Assembly: GCA_903839695.1 (NCBI GenBank)
Contig: CAIMDI010000010.1
Span: forward strand, 6,703-70,702
DNA from: Candidatus Tayloriibacteriota bacterium
GTDB lineage: Bacteria > Patescibacteriota > Minisyncoccia > Phycocordibacterales > PALSA-1337
Length of the DNA: 64,000 nucleotides
Direction: 5' to 3'
Both the position numbers and the translations under genes were made by a program. Shown here in pieces: positions 8,862-17,232 of this stretch. Under the pieces are notes generated by a model. The model was not told the DNA's origin, did no database searches, and saw only the letters and a program-made list of their open reading frames with translations. Within the stretch, counting starts at the first letter, position 1. Every line of letters begins with the position of its first letter.

Positions 8862-8937
8862 GCCACCTTAGCTCAGTTGGTAGAGCAACGCTTTTGTAAA
8901 GCGAAGGTCCCCAGTTCAAGTCTGGGAGGTGGCTCCA
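8862..8937 (+). tRNA. tRNA-Thr (anticodon UGU), with encoded CCA
   Basis: Manual cloverleaf: acceptor GCCACCT/AGGTGGC, D-arm GCTC-AGTTGGTA-GAGC, anticodon loop TT-TGT-AA, T-arm CCCAG-TTCAAGT-CTGGG, discriminator T, CCA. Confidence 0.85.
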
Positions 8938-8953
8938 AGAAATAATAAAAATT

Positions 8954-8977
8954 AGCCCTTCAGGGCTATTTTTGTTA
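8954..8977 (+). terminator. rho-independent terminator after tRNA-Thr
   Basis: AGCCCTTCAGGGCT hairpin followed by TATTTTTGTT. Confidence 0.6.
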
Positions 8978-8987
8978 TTATTAGTAT

Positions 8988-9722
8988 ATGAAAAATCAAA
9001 AAGGCCATTTACATCCATTAACTCAATTTACCAGAGAAGTGGTAAATATTTTTGCTGATATGGGATTCGTAGTTGCTGAAGGTCCAGAACTTGAAAAAGA
9101 ATTTTACAATTTTGATGCATTAAATATTCCTGCAGATCATCCATCTCGAGATATGCAAGATACATTTTGGATAAAAATGGACTCACAAAAAGATAATGTA
9201 GAAAAAATTGATTCCAGAATTCGTCCTGTTATGCGAACACAAACTTCTGCTGTCCAAGTAAGGTTTTTGGAAAAACATAAAGACAATTTACCTTGTGCAA
9301 TAGTTGTGCCAGGTAAGGTTTTTAGAAATGAGGCAACAGACGCTACACATGAAGCTCAATTCTCCCAATTAGAAGCATTATACGTTGATAAAGATGTATC
9401 AATGGGACATTTGAAAGGTGTTATAGAACATTTCTTAAAGAAAATGTATGGAGATGGAGTTGAAATACGTTTTAGACCAAGTTTTTTTCCATTCGTTGAA
9501 CCGGGAGTAGAAGTAGATATGAAATTCAATGGTAAATGGTTGGAAATGGGAGGCGCTGGTATGGTACATCCAAATGTATTTAAAACTGTTGGTATAGATT
9601 CAGAAGTGTGGAAAGGATTTGCTTTTGGTTTTGGTATAGATCGACTTGTAATGATGAAGCACAATATTACAGACATAAGATTATTATACAGCGGTGATTT
9701 AAGATTTATTAATCAATTCTAA
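8988..9722 (+). CDS. pheS: phenylalanine--tRNA ligase alpha subunit (short form, 244 aa)
   Basis: Class II aaRS motifs: HPSRDMQDTFW, FRPSFFPFVEPGVEVD, GAGMVHPNV, GFAFGFGIDRLVMM. Confidence 0.9.
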   Translation: MKNQKGHLHPLTQFTREVVNIFADMGFVVAEGPELEKEFYNFDALNIPADHPSRDMQDTFWIKMDSQKDNVEKIDSRIRPVMRTQTSAVQVRFLEKHKDNLPCAIVVPGKVFRNEATDATHEAQFSQLEALYVDKDVSMGHLKGVIEHFLKKMYGDGVEIRFRPSFFPFVEPGVEVDMKFNGKWLEMGGAGMVHPNVFKTVGIDSEVWKGFAFGFGIDRLVMMKHNITDIRLLYSGDLRFINQF

Positions 9723-9731
9723 TTAAAACAA

Positions 9732-9980
9732 ATGAAAAATATATACAAAAAGATAATCGCATCACTTTTTTTTCTGGTAATATTTTTATTTGGATCACAC
9801 ATTGTTTCTGCTGAAGAAATATCTTATTCAAATGATTTAACTGTCGGTAGTGTAGGAGCTGATATAAAAAATAATCAAATTACAGCAGGGAATTATATAG
9901 TAAAGGTTTGTGTCGCAGGTACTAATGAATGTGATCAAAGCGATTCAGCGTTTATTATAAGTAATTCTGTTGTGTACTAA
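9732..9980 (+). CDS. small secreted Cys-containing hypothetical protein
   Basis: Signal peptide MKNIYKKIIASLFFLVIFLFGSHIVSA. 82 aa. First gene of a tightly coupled 4-gene block. Confidence 0.4.
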   Translation: MKNIYKKIIASLFFLVIFLFGSHIVSAEEISYSNDLTVGSVGADIKNNQITAGNYIVKVCVAGTNECDQSDSAFIISNSVVY

Positions 9981-9984
9981 TAAA

Positions 9985-10203
9985 ATGAAGCCTGGAATAT
10001 ACAAACATTCAAAAAAGGGAAATGAATACAAGGTTCATTTTATTGCAAAGAATTCAGAGACTTTGGAGGATATGGTCGTATATGAAGCGCTTTATGAAAA
10101 TGATATATCAAAGTATTGGGTGAGGCCAGTAAGTATGTTTGAGGAAATTGTAGAAATTAATGGAGAAAAAGTACCAAGATTTATTTGGATAAGAGAAAAA
10201 TAG
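9985..10203 (+). CDS. DUF1653-family small protein
   Basis: MKPGIYKHSKKGNEYKVHFIAKNSETLEDMVVYEALYEND..WVRPVSMFEEIVEINGEKVPRF follows the DUF1653 pattern from memory (KPGxYxHxKGNxY...SET.E..VVY.ALY...WVRP..MF). The ATG is 4 nt after the previous stop. Confidence 0.55.
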   Translation: MKPGIYKHSKKGNEYKVHFIAKNSETLEDMVVYEALYENDISKYWVRPVSMFEEIVEINGEKVPRFIWIREK

Positions 10204-10204
10204 G

Positions 10205-11263
10205 ATGAAAAAAAGTAATTCAAAATTAAAAAAACTAATAATTCGCAATAGCACAGCAGAATTCCTGATGTTTACTTCTGATGCAAGAAGTAATGGTATT
10301 GAAGTTCGTTTTGAAAATGAAAATCTTTGGTTGACACAAAAGCTCATTGCTGAACTTTTTGAGGTTAGTGTTCCAACAATAAATGAGCATCTTAAAACTA
10401 TTTTTCATTCAAATGAATTAGATATTAAAACAACTATTAGGAAATTCCTAATAGTTCATAAAGAAGGAAGTAGATCAGTTTCTAGAGACATTGAACATTA
10501 TAGCCTTGAAGCAATTATTTCTATTGGTTATCGTGTAAACTCTGAAAAAGCGATGGCATTTCGCCGTTGGGCTACTGAGGTATTGAAGACATTTTCAGTG
10601 CGTGGATATGTACTTGATCACAACAGATTGGAGAATGGAACATATCTTGGTCAAAATTATTATGACTCGCTTATATTAGAAATTCGTGAAATACGAAATA
10701 GCGAAAGGAAGTTTTATCAAAAAATTACTGATATTTACACAACAGCGTTAGATTATGATGTCAATTCTCCATTAACACAAAGTTTTTTTAAAAATGTACA
10801 AAATAAATTACATTATGCAATACATGGGAATACTGCTCCAGAAGTTATATTAAAAAGAGTAAATGCAAAAAAAGAAAATATGGGATTAACAAGTTGGGAG
10901 AAGTCGCCAAAAGGAAAGATTTTGAAAACTGATGTTGTAATTGCAAAGAATTATCTAGATACTAAAGAATTGAAATCATTAGACCGTATTGTTTCAATGT
11001 ATTTGGATTATGCTGAAGATCAAGCAGAACAACAAATTCCCATGACAATGAATGACTGGGTAGAAAGATTGGATGCATTTCTTAAATTTAATAGAAAAGA
11101 GGTGTTAAATAATCCTGGAAAAGTTTCCGCAGAAATAGCAAAAAGCTTTGCTGAAAGTGAATTTGAAAAATATAGAATGGTTCAAGACAGGCTTTTTGAA
11201 AGTGATTTTGATAGATTTGTTTATGATATAAGGGGAATGGCAGAAAATAATAAAAAAATATAA
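10205..11263 (+). CDS. RhuM-family (virulence protein RhuM) DNA-binding protein
   Basis: N-terminal EVRFENENLWLTQKLIAELFEVSVPTINEHLKTIF, then ISIGYRVNSEKAMAFRRWATEVL, LDHNRLENG and ILEIREIRNSERKFYQKITDIYTTALDYD. These match conserved blocks of the RhuM family (PF13310) as recalled. The stop overlaps the next start (TAATG). Confidence 0.6.
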   Translation: MKKSNSKLKKLIIRNSTAEFLMFTSDARSNGIEVRFENENLWLTQKLIAELFEVSVPTINEHLKTIFHSNELDIKTTIRKFLIVHKEGSRSVSRDIEHYSLEAIISIGYRVNSEKAMAFRRWATEVLKTFSVRGYVLDHNRLENGTYLGQNYYDSLILEIREIRNSERKFYQKITDIYTTALDYDVNSPLTQSFFKNVQNKLHYAIHGNTAPEVILKRVNAKKENMGLTSWEKSPKGKILKTDVVIAKNYLDTKELKSLDRIVSMYLDYAEDQAEQQIPMTMNDWVERLDAFLKFNRKEVLNNPGKVSAEIAKSFAESEFEKYRMVQDRLFESDFDRFVYDIRGMAENNKKI

Positions 11264-13029
11264 TGAAAAAAGATATTAAAATTTCATTTAGAGTTCTGAA
11301 AGAACAAATACTTTATTTCAAAAAGGAAATGATTGTTTTGATTGTGCTTACTATTTTTGGATCACTTGGAAATGGAATAGTTCCTGTCGTCGCAGGTAAG
11401 TTTTTTGATTCACTAATACTAAGCTCCCCTTCAGTAATTTTTGGTATTTTATTGACACCATTTGTATTGTTAGGAGTTTGGTTTTTCATTCAAATATTAA
11501 TAGCTTTGATTGAGAAAGAAATTAGTTATTCTAGGAATTTTGTTGGATTTAGTGTAAGAATTAATTATGTAAAGGGTATATACGATCGTTTGATAAATTT
11601 ACCGATGTCTTTTCATAAAGGAACAAAGTATGGAGAGATTACATCTAATGTAAACGAATCTGGTTGGGGAGTGCAAGTTATTATTGGAAATATTTTAATT
11701 GGTATTGTTCCACAATTATTAACTATTGTAATTGCATTTATTATTATTTTTTCTTTAAATGCATTACTTGCAATTGTGATCCTTGTTGCTGTAGTTATCT
11801 ATACTATAGTTTTAAGTATAACCAGCAAGAAATTGCATGAAATTCAGACAGTAATTTATCAAAGTTGGGAGCAATCTTTTGGATATAGCTGGGATACAAT
11901 TACAAATATTCAAGCAGTCAAACATGCAGTGACAGAGGATTATGAGTCAAAGAATATTGCCGATAGATTTTTAAAGCATATAATTTTGCCATTTTCAAAA
12001 ATTTATAAGTTAGAGACATCACTTGATTTGTTACAAAGAATAGTTATTACTTTTACTCAACTTATAATATTTTTCTCATCAATTTATTTGGTTAAAAGTG
12101 GGTCAATGACTATCGGAGAATTATTTGCATTCAATGCATACACAGCTTTAATATTTGGTCCTTTTACAATACTAAATAAAGATATTGGTGATTTACGTAA
12201 TTCGATTATTAAAATAGTAGCTACAGAAAAAATGATTGGTGAAGGTTATGAAATATACAATCCTGTTGATGAAGTTATAATTCCAGAAATTAAAGGTAGC
12301 GTTGAATTTAAGAATGTTTCTTTTTATTATAATAAAGAAAATCTTGTTCTTAAAAATATTTCATTTAAAGTTGAACCAGGTCAAATAATAGCCTTGGTTG
12401 GTGAATCTGGTGTTGGAAAAAGTACTCTTATTGAACTTCTTGCTGGATATCATTTTGCAAATGAGGGTGATGTGCTGATTGATGGTATTGATATTAAAAA
12501 AATAGGATTAAAATTCCTACGTAAACAAATAGCTACTGTGCCTCAGGAAGTAATTTTATTTAATGATACAATTAAGCATAATATTTCCTATGGTAATTTT
12601 GATTCTATAGATGAACAGATTGAAGAAGCCTCAAAAAAAGCTCATGCATACGATTTTATAATGAAATTTCCAAATACTTGGCAACAAATAGTAGGAGAAA
12701 GGGGAGTAAAACTTTCTGTGGGGCAAAAACAAAGAGTTGCTATTGCCAGAGCTATTTTACGAAATCCTAAAATATTGATATTAGATGAACCAACATCTGC
12801 TCTTGATGCGGGATCTGAAAATATTATTACAGGGTCTCTGGAGGAATTAATGAAAAGCAAGACAACATTTATTATTGCTCATCGTTTGAGTACTGTAAGA
12901 AAAGCTGATAAAATTCTAGTGTTTAAAGATGGTTCTATTGTAGAATCAGGAAATCATTCAGAATTATTAAAAATCGAGAATGGTGAATACAAGAGATTAT
13001 ACGATTTACAGGTTGGATTACATAACTAG
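11263..13029 (+). CDS. ABC exporter, fused permease-ATPase (MsbA/multidrug type)
   Basis: Six-helix TMD, then Walker A GESGVGKSTL, signature LSVGQKQR, Walker B ILILDEPTSALD and H-loop IIAHRLS. Confidence 0.8.
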   Translation: MKKDIKISFRVLKEQILYFKKEMIVLIVLTIFGSLGNGIVPVVAGKFFDSLILSSPSVIFGILLTPFVLLGVWFFIQILIALIEKEISYSRNFVGFSVRINYVKGIYDRLINLPMSFHKGTKYGEITSNVNESGWGVQVIIGNILIGIVPQLLTIVIAFIIIFSLNALLAIVILVAVVIYTIVLSITSKKLHEIQTVIYQSWEQSFGYSWDTITNIQAVKHAVTEDYESKNIADRFLKHIILPFSKIYKLETSLDLLQRIVITFTQLIIFFSSIYLVKSGSMTIGELFAFNAYTALIFGPFTILNKDIGDLRNSIIKIVATEKMIGEGYEIYNPVDEVIIPEIKGSVEFKNVSFYYNKENLVLKNISFKVEPGQIIALVGESGVGKSTLIELLAGYHFANEGDVLIDGIDIKKIGLKFLRKQIATVPQEVILFNDTIKHNISYGNFDSIDEQIEEASKKAHAYDFIMKFPNTWQQIVGERGVKLSVGQKQRVAIARAILRNPKILILDEPTSALDAGSENIITGSLEELMKSKTTFIIAHRLSTVRKADKILVFKDGSIVESGNHSELLKIENGEYKRLYDLQVGLHN

Positions 13030-13043
13030 ATCAAAAAACTAAA

Positions 13044-14996
13044 ATGAAAATATTAAAAAGTTGGTTACAAAAACATATAGTAGAAACATTACCTAGTGAT
13101 GAACAAATCGAGCAAGCTTTGATTCTAAAATCTTCGGAAGTTGAGGGAATTGAGAAAATCAAATTAACATTTGATAATAAAGTTATTGACGATACTGTTT
13201 TTGATATTAAAGTTTTGCCTGACCGCGCTCACTATATGTTGTCACACAGAGGAGTAGCATATGATCTTTGTGCTGTCTTAAATCTAAATTTAAAACAAGA
13301 TGAAGAAATTTTACCTATAAAAGGAGAACATATTAAAGTAAATATTGAAACAGAATTGTGTAGTAGATATACTGCAACATCTATTACTAACATTGCCAAT
13401 TCATCATCACCTGAATGGCTCAAAAATGCCCTAGAGGCTGTAGGAGCTAGGTCAATCAGTGGAATCGTCGATGCAACAAATTATGCAATGTTTGACACGG
13501 GACAGCCTTTGCATGCTTTTGATGCTGACAAAGTATCTGGATCACTAACTGTAAGAATGGCCAAAGAAGGTGAAGAAATTCAATTATTACCAGAAAGAAT
13601 TTTTATAGAAGGGAAATGGGAAGAAAAAGAAAGATTTTTAAAATTAAATTCAAGTGATATGGTGATTGCAGACAAAAAAGGACCACTTGCAATAGCTGGC
13701 GTTAAAGGGGGTTTAAGAGCAATAGTTGATGAGAATACCAAAAATATTATTTTAGAATCCGCTTGTTTCAATCCCGTAAGTATTCGAAGAACTTCTACAA
13801 AATATAATATTAGAAATGATTCTTCAAAAAGATTTGAAAATGAAATCACACCGTATCTGACTGATTGGGGAGTGTCTTGTTTTATAAAAATAATAAAGGA
13901 AATATCACCAAAATTAGAAATTGGTTTTATCACAGATGTAAGTAATAAATTACCTGAGCCTTTTATAGTTTCATTAACTCATAAGAAAATTGAATCAATA
14001 TTAAATTTTACTATTTCTGAAAAAAGAGTTTTAAGTATTTTGGAAAAACTAGATTGTGTTATTGGTGTTTCTGATGGTTTGTATAGTGTAACTCCGCCAT
14101 TTGAGCGACTTGATTTGAGAATTGCAGAGGACATTATAGATGAAATCGGTAGAATAGAAGGTTTAGATAAGATTAAAAGTATTATCCCTAATGCTAAAAA
14201 TAAACACGAATTTTCAAAGGAATTTTTAATTGCTGAAAAGGTTAAAGATTTCTTTTTGAGCAAAGAATTTTCAGAAATTCAAACTAGATCATTTGCTGAC
14301 AAAGGTGATATTGAAGTTTCTTACCCTATGGCTTCTGATAAAGGCTTTCTAAGAGTGAATCTTTACAATGGAGTTATTGAATCTATGAATTTGTCTATAA
14401 GTCAGGCACCTTTGCTTGGTCTTGATAAGATTATGATATTTGAGATTGGAAAAACTTTTCCCAAAAGTGGAGAGCAATTAGACCTTTGTTTTTCAATTAA
14501 TTATACAAAAAAAATAAAAAATAAAGATCAAATTATAAAAGACGAACTTGAAGGATTAATAAAAGAATTAGAATCTGATTTTGGAGTAAAATTGTTCTCA
14601 AATATAAATCAAAATTTTGCTTATATAAGTAATCTTGATAAATTGGATGTAAAATTGAACTTTAAATCAATAAAAATAGAGAAAGGTTCAGATTCCGTAT
14701 TCAAACCATTTTCTAATGAGCCATTTATGGTGAGGGATATAGCGCTATTTGTTGATGGTTCTGTTGGCGCAGAAAATGTACAAGAAGTCATAAAGAGCTC
14801 AATAAACTCAATCACAAAAGACCTTTTGGTTAAGGGTCCAGACCTATTTGATCAATTCGAAAAAGAAGGGAAAAAGTCATTAGCATTTAGAATGATATTT
14901 CAAGCAAATGATAGAACATTAACAGATTTAGAAGTAAATAGTTTTATGGAAAAAGTGTATTTTTCCGTAAAAGAAAAAGGTTGGCAGGTTAGATAA
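13044..14996 (+). CDS. pheT: phenylalanine--tRNA ligase beta subunit (short, 650 aa)
   Basis: N-terminal MKILKSWLQKHIVETLPSDEQIEQALILKSSEVEGIEK (the PheT SWL.. start), B3/4 and B5 regions, C-terminal anticodon-binding-like domain. Partner of pheS. Confidence 0.8.
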   Translation: MKILKSWLQKHIVETLPSDEQIEQALILKSSEVEGIEKIKLTFDNKVIDDTVFDIKVLPDRAHYMLSHRGVAYDLCAVLNLNLKQDEEILPIKGEHIKVNIETELCSRYTATSITNIANSSSPEWLKNALEAVGARSISGIVDATNYAMFDTGQPLHAFDADKVSGSLTVRMAKEGEEIQLLPERIFIEGKWEEKERFLKLNSSDMVIADKKGPLAIAGVKGGLRAIVDENTKNIILESACFNPVSIRRTSTKYNIRNDSSKRFENEITPYLTDWGVSCFIKIIKEISPKLEIGFITDVSNKLPEPFIVSLTHKKIESILNFTISEKRVLSILEKLDCVIGVSDGLYSVTPPFERLDLRIAEDIIDEIGRIEGLDKIKSIIPNAKNKHEFSKEFLIAEKVKDFFLSKEFSEIQTRSFADKGDIEVSYPMASDKGFLRVNLYNGVIESMNLSISQAPLLGLDKIMIFEIGKTFPKSGEQLDLCFSINYTKKIKNKDQIIKDELEGLIKELESDFGVKLFSNINQNFAYISNLDKLDVKLNFKSIKIEKGSDSVFKPFSNEPFMVRDIALFVDGSVGAENVQEVIKSSINSITKDLLVKGPDLFDQFEKEGKKSLAFRMIFQANDRTLTDLEVNSFMEKVYFSVKEKGWQVR

Positions 14997-15000
14997 AATT

Positions 15001-15009
15001 TGCTATAAT
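15001..15009 (+). promoter_or_regulatory. extended -10 element TGcTATAAT upstream of gyrB
   Basis: Sequence match only. ~48 nt upstream of the gyrB ATG. Confidence 0.3.
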
Positions 15010-15056
15010 TAAAGCACATAAACAATTAAATAATTCCCTAATAACCTTATAAAATC

Positions 15057-17129
15057 ATGGCAAAAGAAGACAAAAAGAAAGATAGTTATGGAGCTGATTC
15101 CATACAAGTCCTAGAGGGTCTAGAACCCGTAAGAAAGCGTCCTGGAATGTATATCGGTACCACAGGTCCAGATGGTCTTCATCATCTTATTACTGAAATT
15201 TTTGATAACTCCAGAGATGAAGCTATGGGTGGTTTTGCCAATCATATCGAAGTCTCTCTTTTGCCAAAGAACAGAATTAGAGTTGTAGATAATGGTAGAG
15301 GCATTCCAGTAGACATTCACAAATCCACAAAAGTCTCAGCTCTAGAAACCATTATGACAGTTTTGCATGCTGGAGGTAAATTCGGAGGTGAAGATTCAGG
15401 ATACAAAGTTTCCGGAGGTTTGCACGGCGTGGGTGCATCTGTGGTAAATGCTCTTTCTATATATGCTCAAGTTTGGGTTCATAAAGATGGAGGTATTTAT
15501 ACACAAGAATATTCTCAAGGAAAGAAAAAGGCAGCAGTAAAGAAAATTGCCTCTACAAAATTTCACGGTACTATAGTTGCTTTCGAGCCAGATGTTGAAA
15601 TATTCAAGGAAATCAAATTTGATTTTCCTAGAGTAGTAAATTCATTACGCCAGCAAGCATATTTGGTTCCCGCTTTACGTATTACGGTTATTGATGCCAG
15701 AGAAGCTGTTGATTTAAAATTAGATCCTGAAACAACATATATAAAAGATCTAAACCTACAGGTTCCCTCACAAACATTTTTCTTTGAAAATGGTCTTACT
15801 TCACTTGTAAAATTCAATAATCAAATTCTCAAACCAATACACAAAAACATTTTCTATGTTGAGAAAAAAGCTGAGGGAGTAGAATCTGTAGAAGTGGCAT
15901 TACAATATGCAGACGACATATCTTCTCGTATTCTTCCATTTGCCAATAATATCTACAATCCAGAAGGAGGAACACATGTCACAGGCTTTAAAACATCACT
16001 TACTAGAAGTTTAAATACCTATGCAAAGAAAAATAATCTCATAAAGGAGGGTGAAGATAGTTTTACAGGTGACGATGTTCTAGAGGGACTTACTGCAGTT
16101 ATTTCCGTTAAATTACGTGAAATTCAGTTTGAAGGTCAGACAAAAGCCAAATTGGGTTCAGTAGAAGCGCAAGGAGCGGTGGCTACAGTTTTCGGAGAAG
16201 CATTCTCAGCTTTCCTAGAAGAAAATCCTGAAGATGCAAGGGCAATGATTATGAAAGTTGTTCTTGCTATGAAAGCTCGAAAGGCAGCAAAAGCAGCTAA
16301 GGATAGTGTCCTTAGAAAGGGTGCATTGGAGGGCATGACATTACCTGGTAAGCTCGCTGACTGTCAGACAAATGTCGCATCTGAATCAGAATTATTTATT
16401 GTGGAGGGAGATTCCGCAGGTGGAACAGCAAAAACTGGTAGAGATCGCAAAACCCAAGCCATCCTTCCTCTGAGAGGAAAAATTCTAAACATAGAAAGAG
16501 CAAGATTGGATCGTATGCTTGGATCTGAACAAATTAAAAATCTTGTATTAGCTTTCGGAACTGCTATTGGAGACACATTTGATATTTCTAAACTTCGTTA
16601 TCACAAAATTATTCTAGCAACAGATGCCGACGTTGACGGAGCGCATATTCGTACACTTATCCTTACATTACTTTATAGATATTTTAAGCCATTGATTGAA
16701 GGAGGATATGTCTATATTGCACATCCACCATTATATAAAGTAAAAAGAGGTAAAGAAGTATTGTATTTCTATTCTGAAGAAGAAAAAATAAAAGCTTTAG
16801 GAAAAGAAATAGAAAGTATTAGCGAAGTTGATTCTGCACAAGAGTCAGAACTACTAGAACGAGCTGGTGCAGAGGTAGAGGAGCAGGGAGAAGTTACGGA
16901 AGGGAAGAAACAGAAGATTTTAATTCAAAGATATAAGGGTCTCGGAGAAATGAATGCAGAAGAATTGTGGGAGACAACAATGGATCCAGAAAAGCGTATA
17001 TTAAAACAAGTAAATATAGGTGACGCTCAAGAAGCAGATAAAGTATTTGATATGCTTATGGGTACAGATGTTCCAAGTAGAAAGATGTTTATTCAGTCAA
17101 ATGCAAAGAAAGCAACAATAGATATTTAG
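15057..17129 (+). CDS. gyrB: DNA gyrase subunit B
   Basis: GHKL ATPase N-terminus (LEGLEPVRKRPGMYIGTTGPDGLHHL..EIFDNSRDEAMGG). TOPRIM region EGDSAGG. C-terminal QRYKGLGEMNAEELWETTMDP. Confidence 0.9.
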   Translation: MAKEDKKKDSYGADSIQVLEGLEPVRKRPGMYIGTTGPDGLHHLITEIFDNSRDEAMGGFANHIEVSLLPKNRIRVVDNGRGIPVDIHKSTKVSALETIMTVLHAGGKFGGEDSGYKVSGGLHGVGASVVNALSIYAQVWVHKDGGIYTQEYSQGKKKAAVKKIASTKFHGTIVAFEPDVEIFKEIKFDFPRVVNSLRQQAYLVPALRITVIDAREAVDLKLDPETTYIKDLNLQVPSQTFFFENGLTSLVKFNNQILKPIHKNIFYVEKKAEGVESVEVALQYADDISSRILPFANNIYNPEGGTHVTGFKTSLTRSLNTYAKKNNLIKEGEDSFTGDDVLEGLTAVISVKLREIQFEGQTKAKLGSVEAQGAVATVFGEAFSAFLEENPEDARAMIMKVVLAMKARKAAKAAKDSVLRKGALEGMTLPGKLADCQTNVASESELFIVEGDSAGGTAKTGRDRKTQAILPLRGKILNIERARLDRMLGSEQIKNLVLAFGTAIGDTFDISKLRYHKIILATDADVDGAHIRTLILTLLYRYFKPLIEGGYVYIAHPPLYKVKRGKEVLYFYSEEEKIKALGKEIESISEVDSAQESELLERAGAEVEEQGEVTEGKKQKILIQRYKGLGEMNAEELWETTMDPEKRILKQVNIGDAQEADKVFDMLMGTDVPSRKMFIQSNAKKATIDI

Positions 17130-17189
17130 CTCTTATACATATATTAACCAGCATTAAAGCCATATATTGTATAGTTTAGATAACTATAC

Positions 17190-17218
17190 TTGACTTTTCT
17201 TATAATATGGTTTATAGT
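17190..17218 (+). promoter_or_regulatory. sigma70-like promoter: TTGACT, 17-nt spacer, TATAGT
   Basis: Consensus-like -35 and -10 with optimal spacing, ~15 nt upstream of the ATG at 17233. Confidence 0.4.
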
Positions 17219-17232
17219 TACAAGATAAAAAC

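Noticed and set aside
9723-9760. A possible duplicated pheT start (ATGAAAAATAT...) at the left edge of the pheS-pheT insertion, analogous to the smc duplication.
   Set aside because: The similarity is confined to an A/T-rich low-complexity run (ATGAAAA-TAT) and is not distinguishable from chance.
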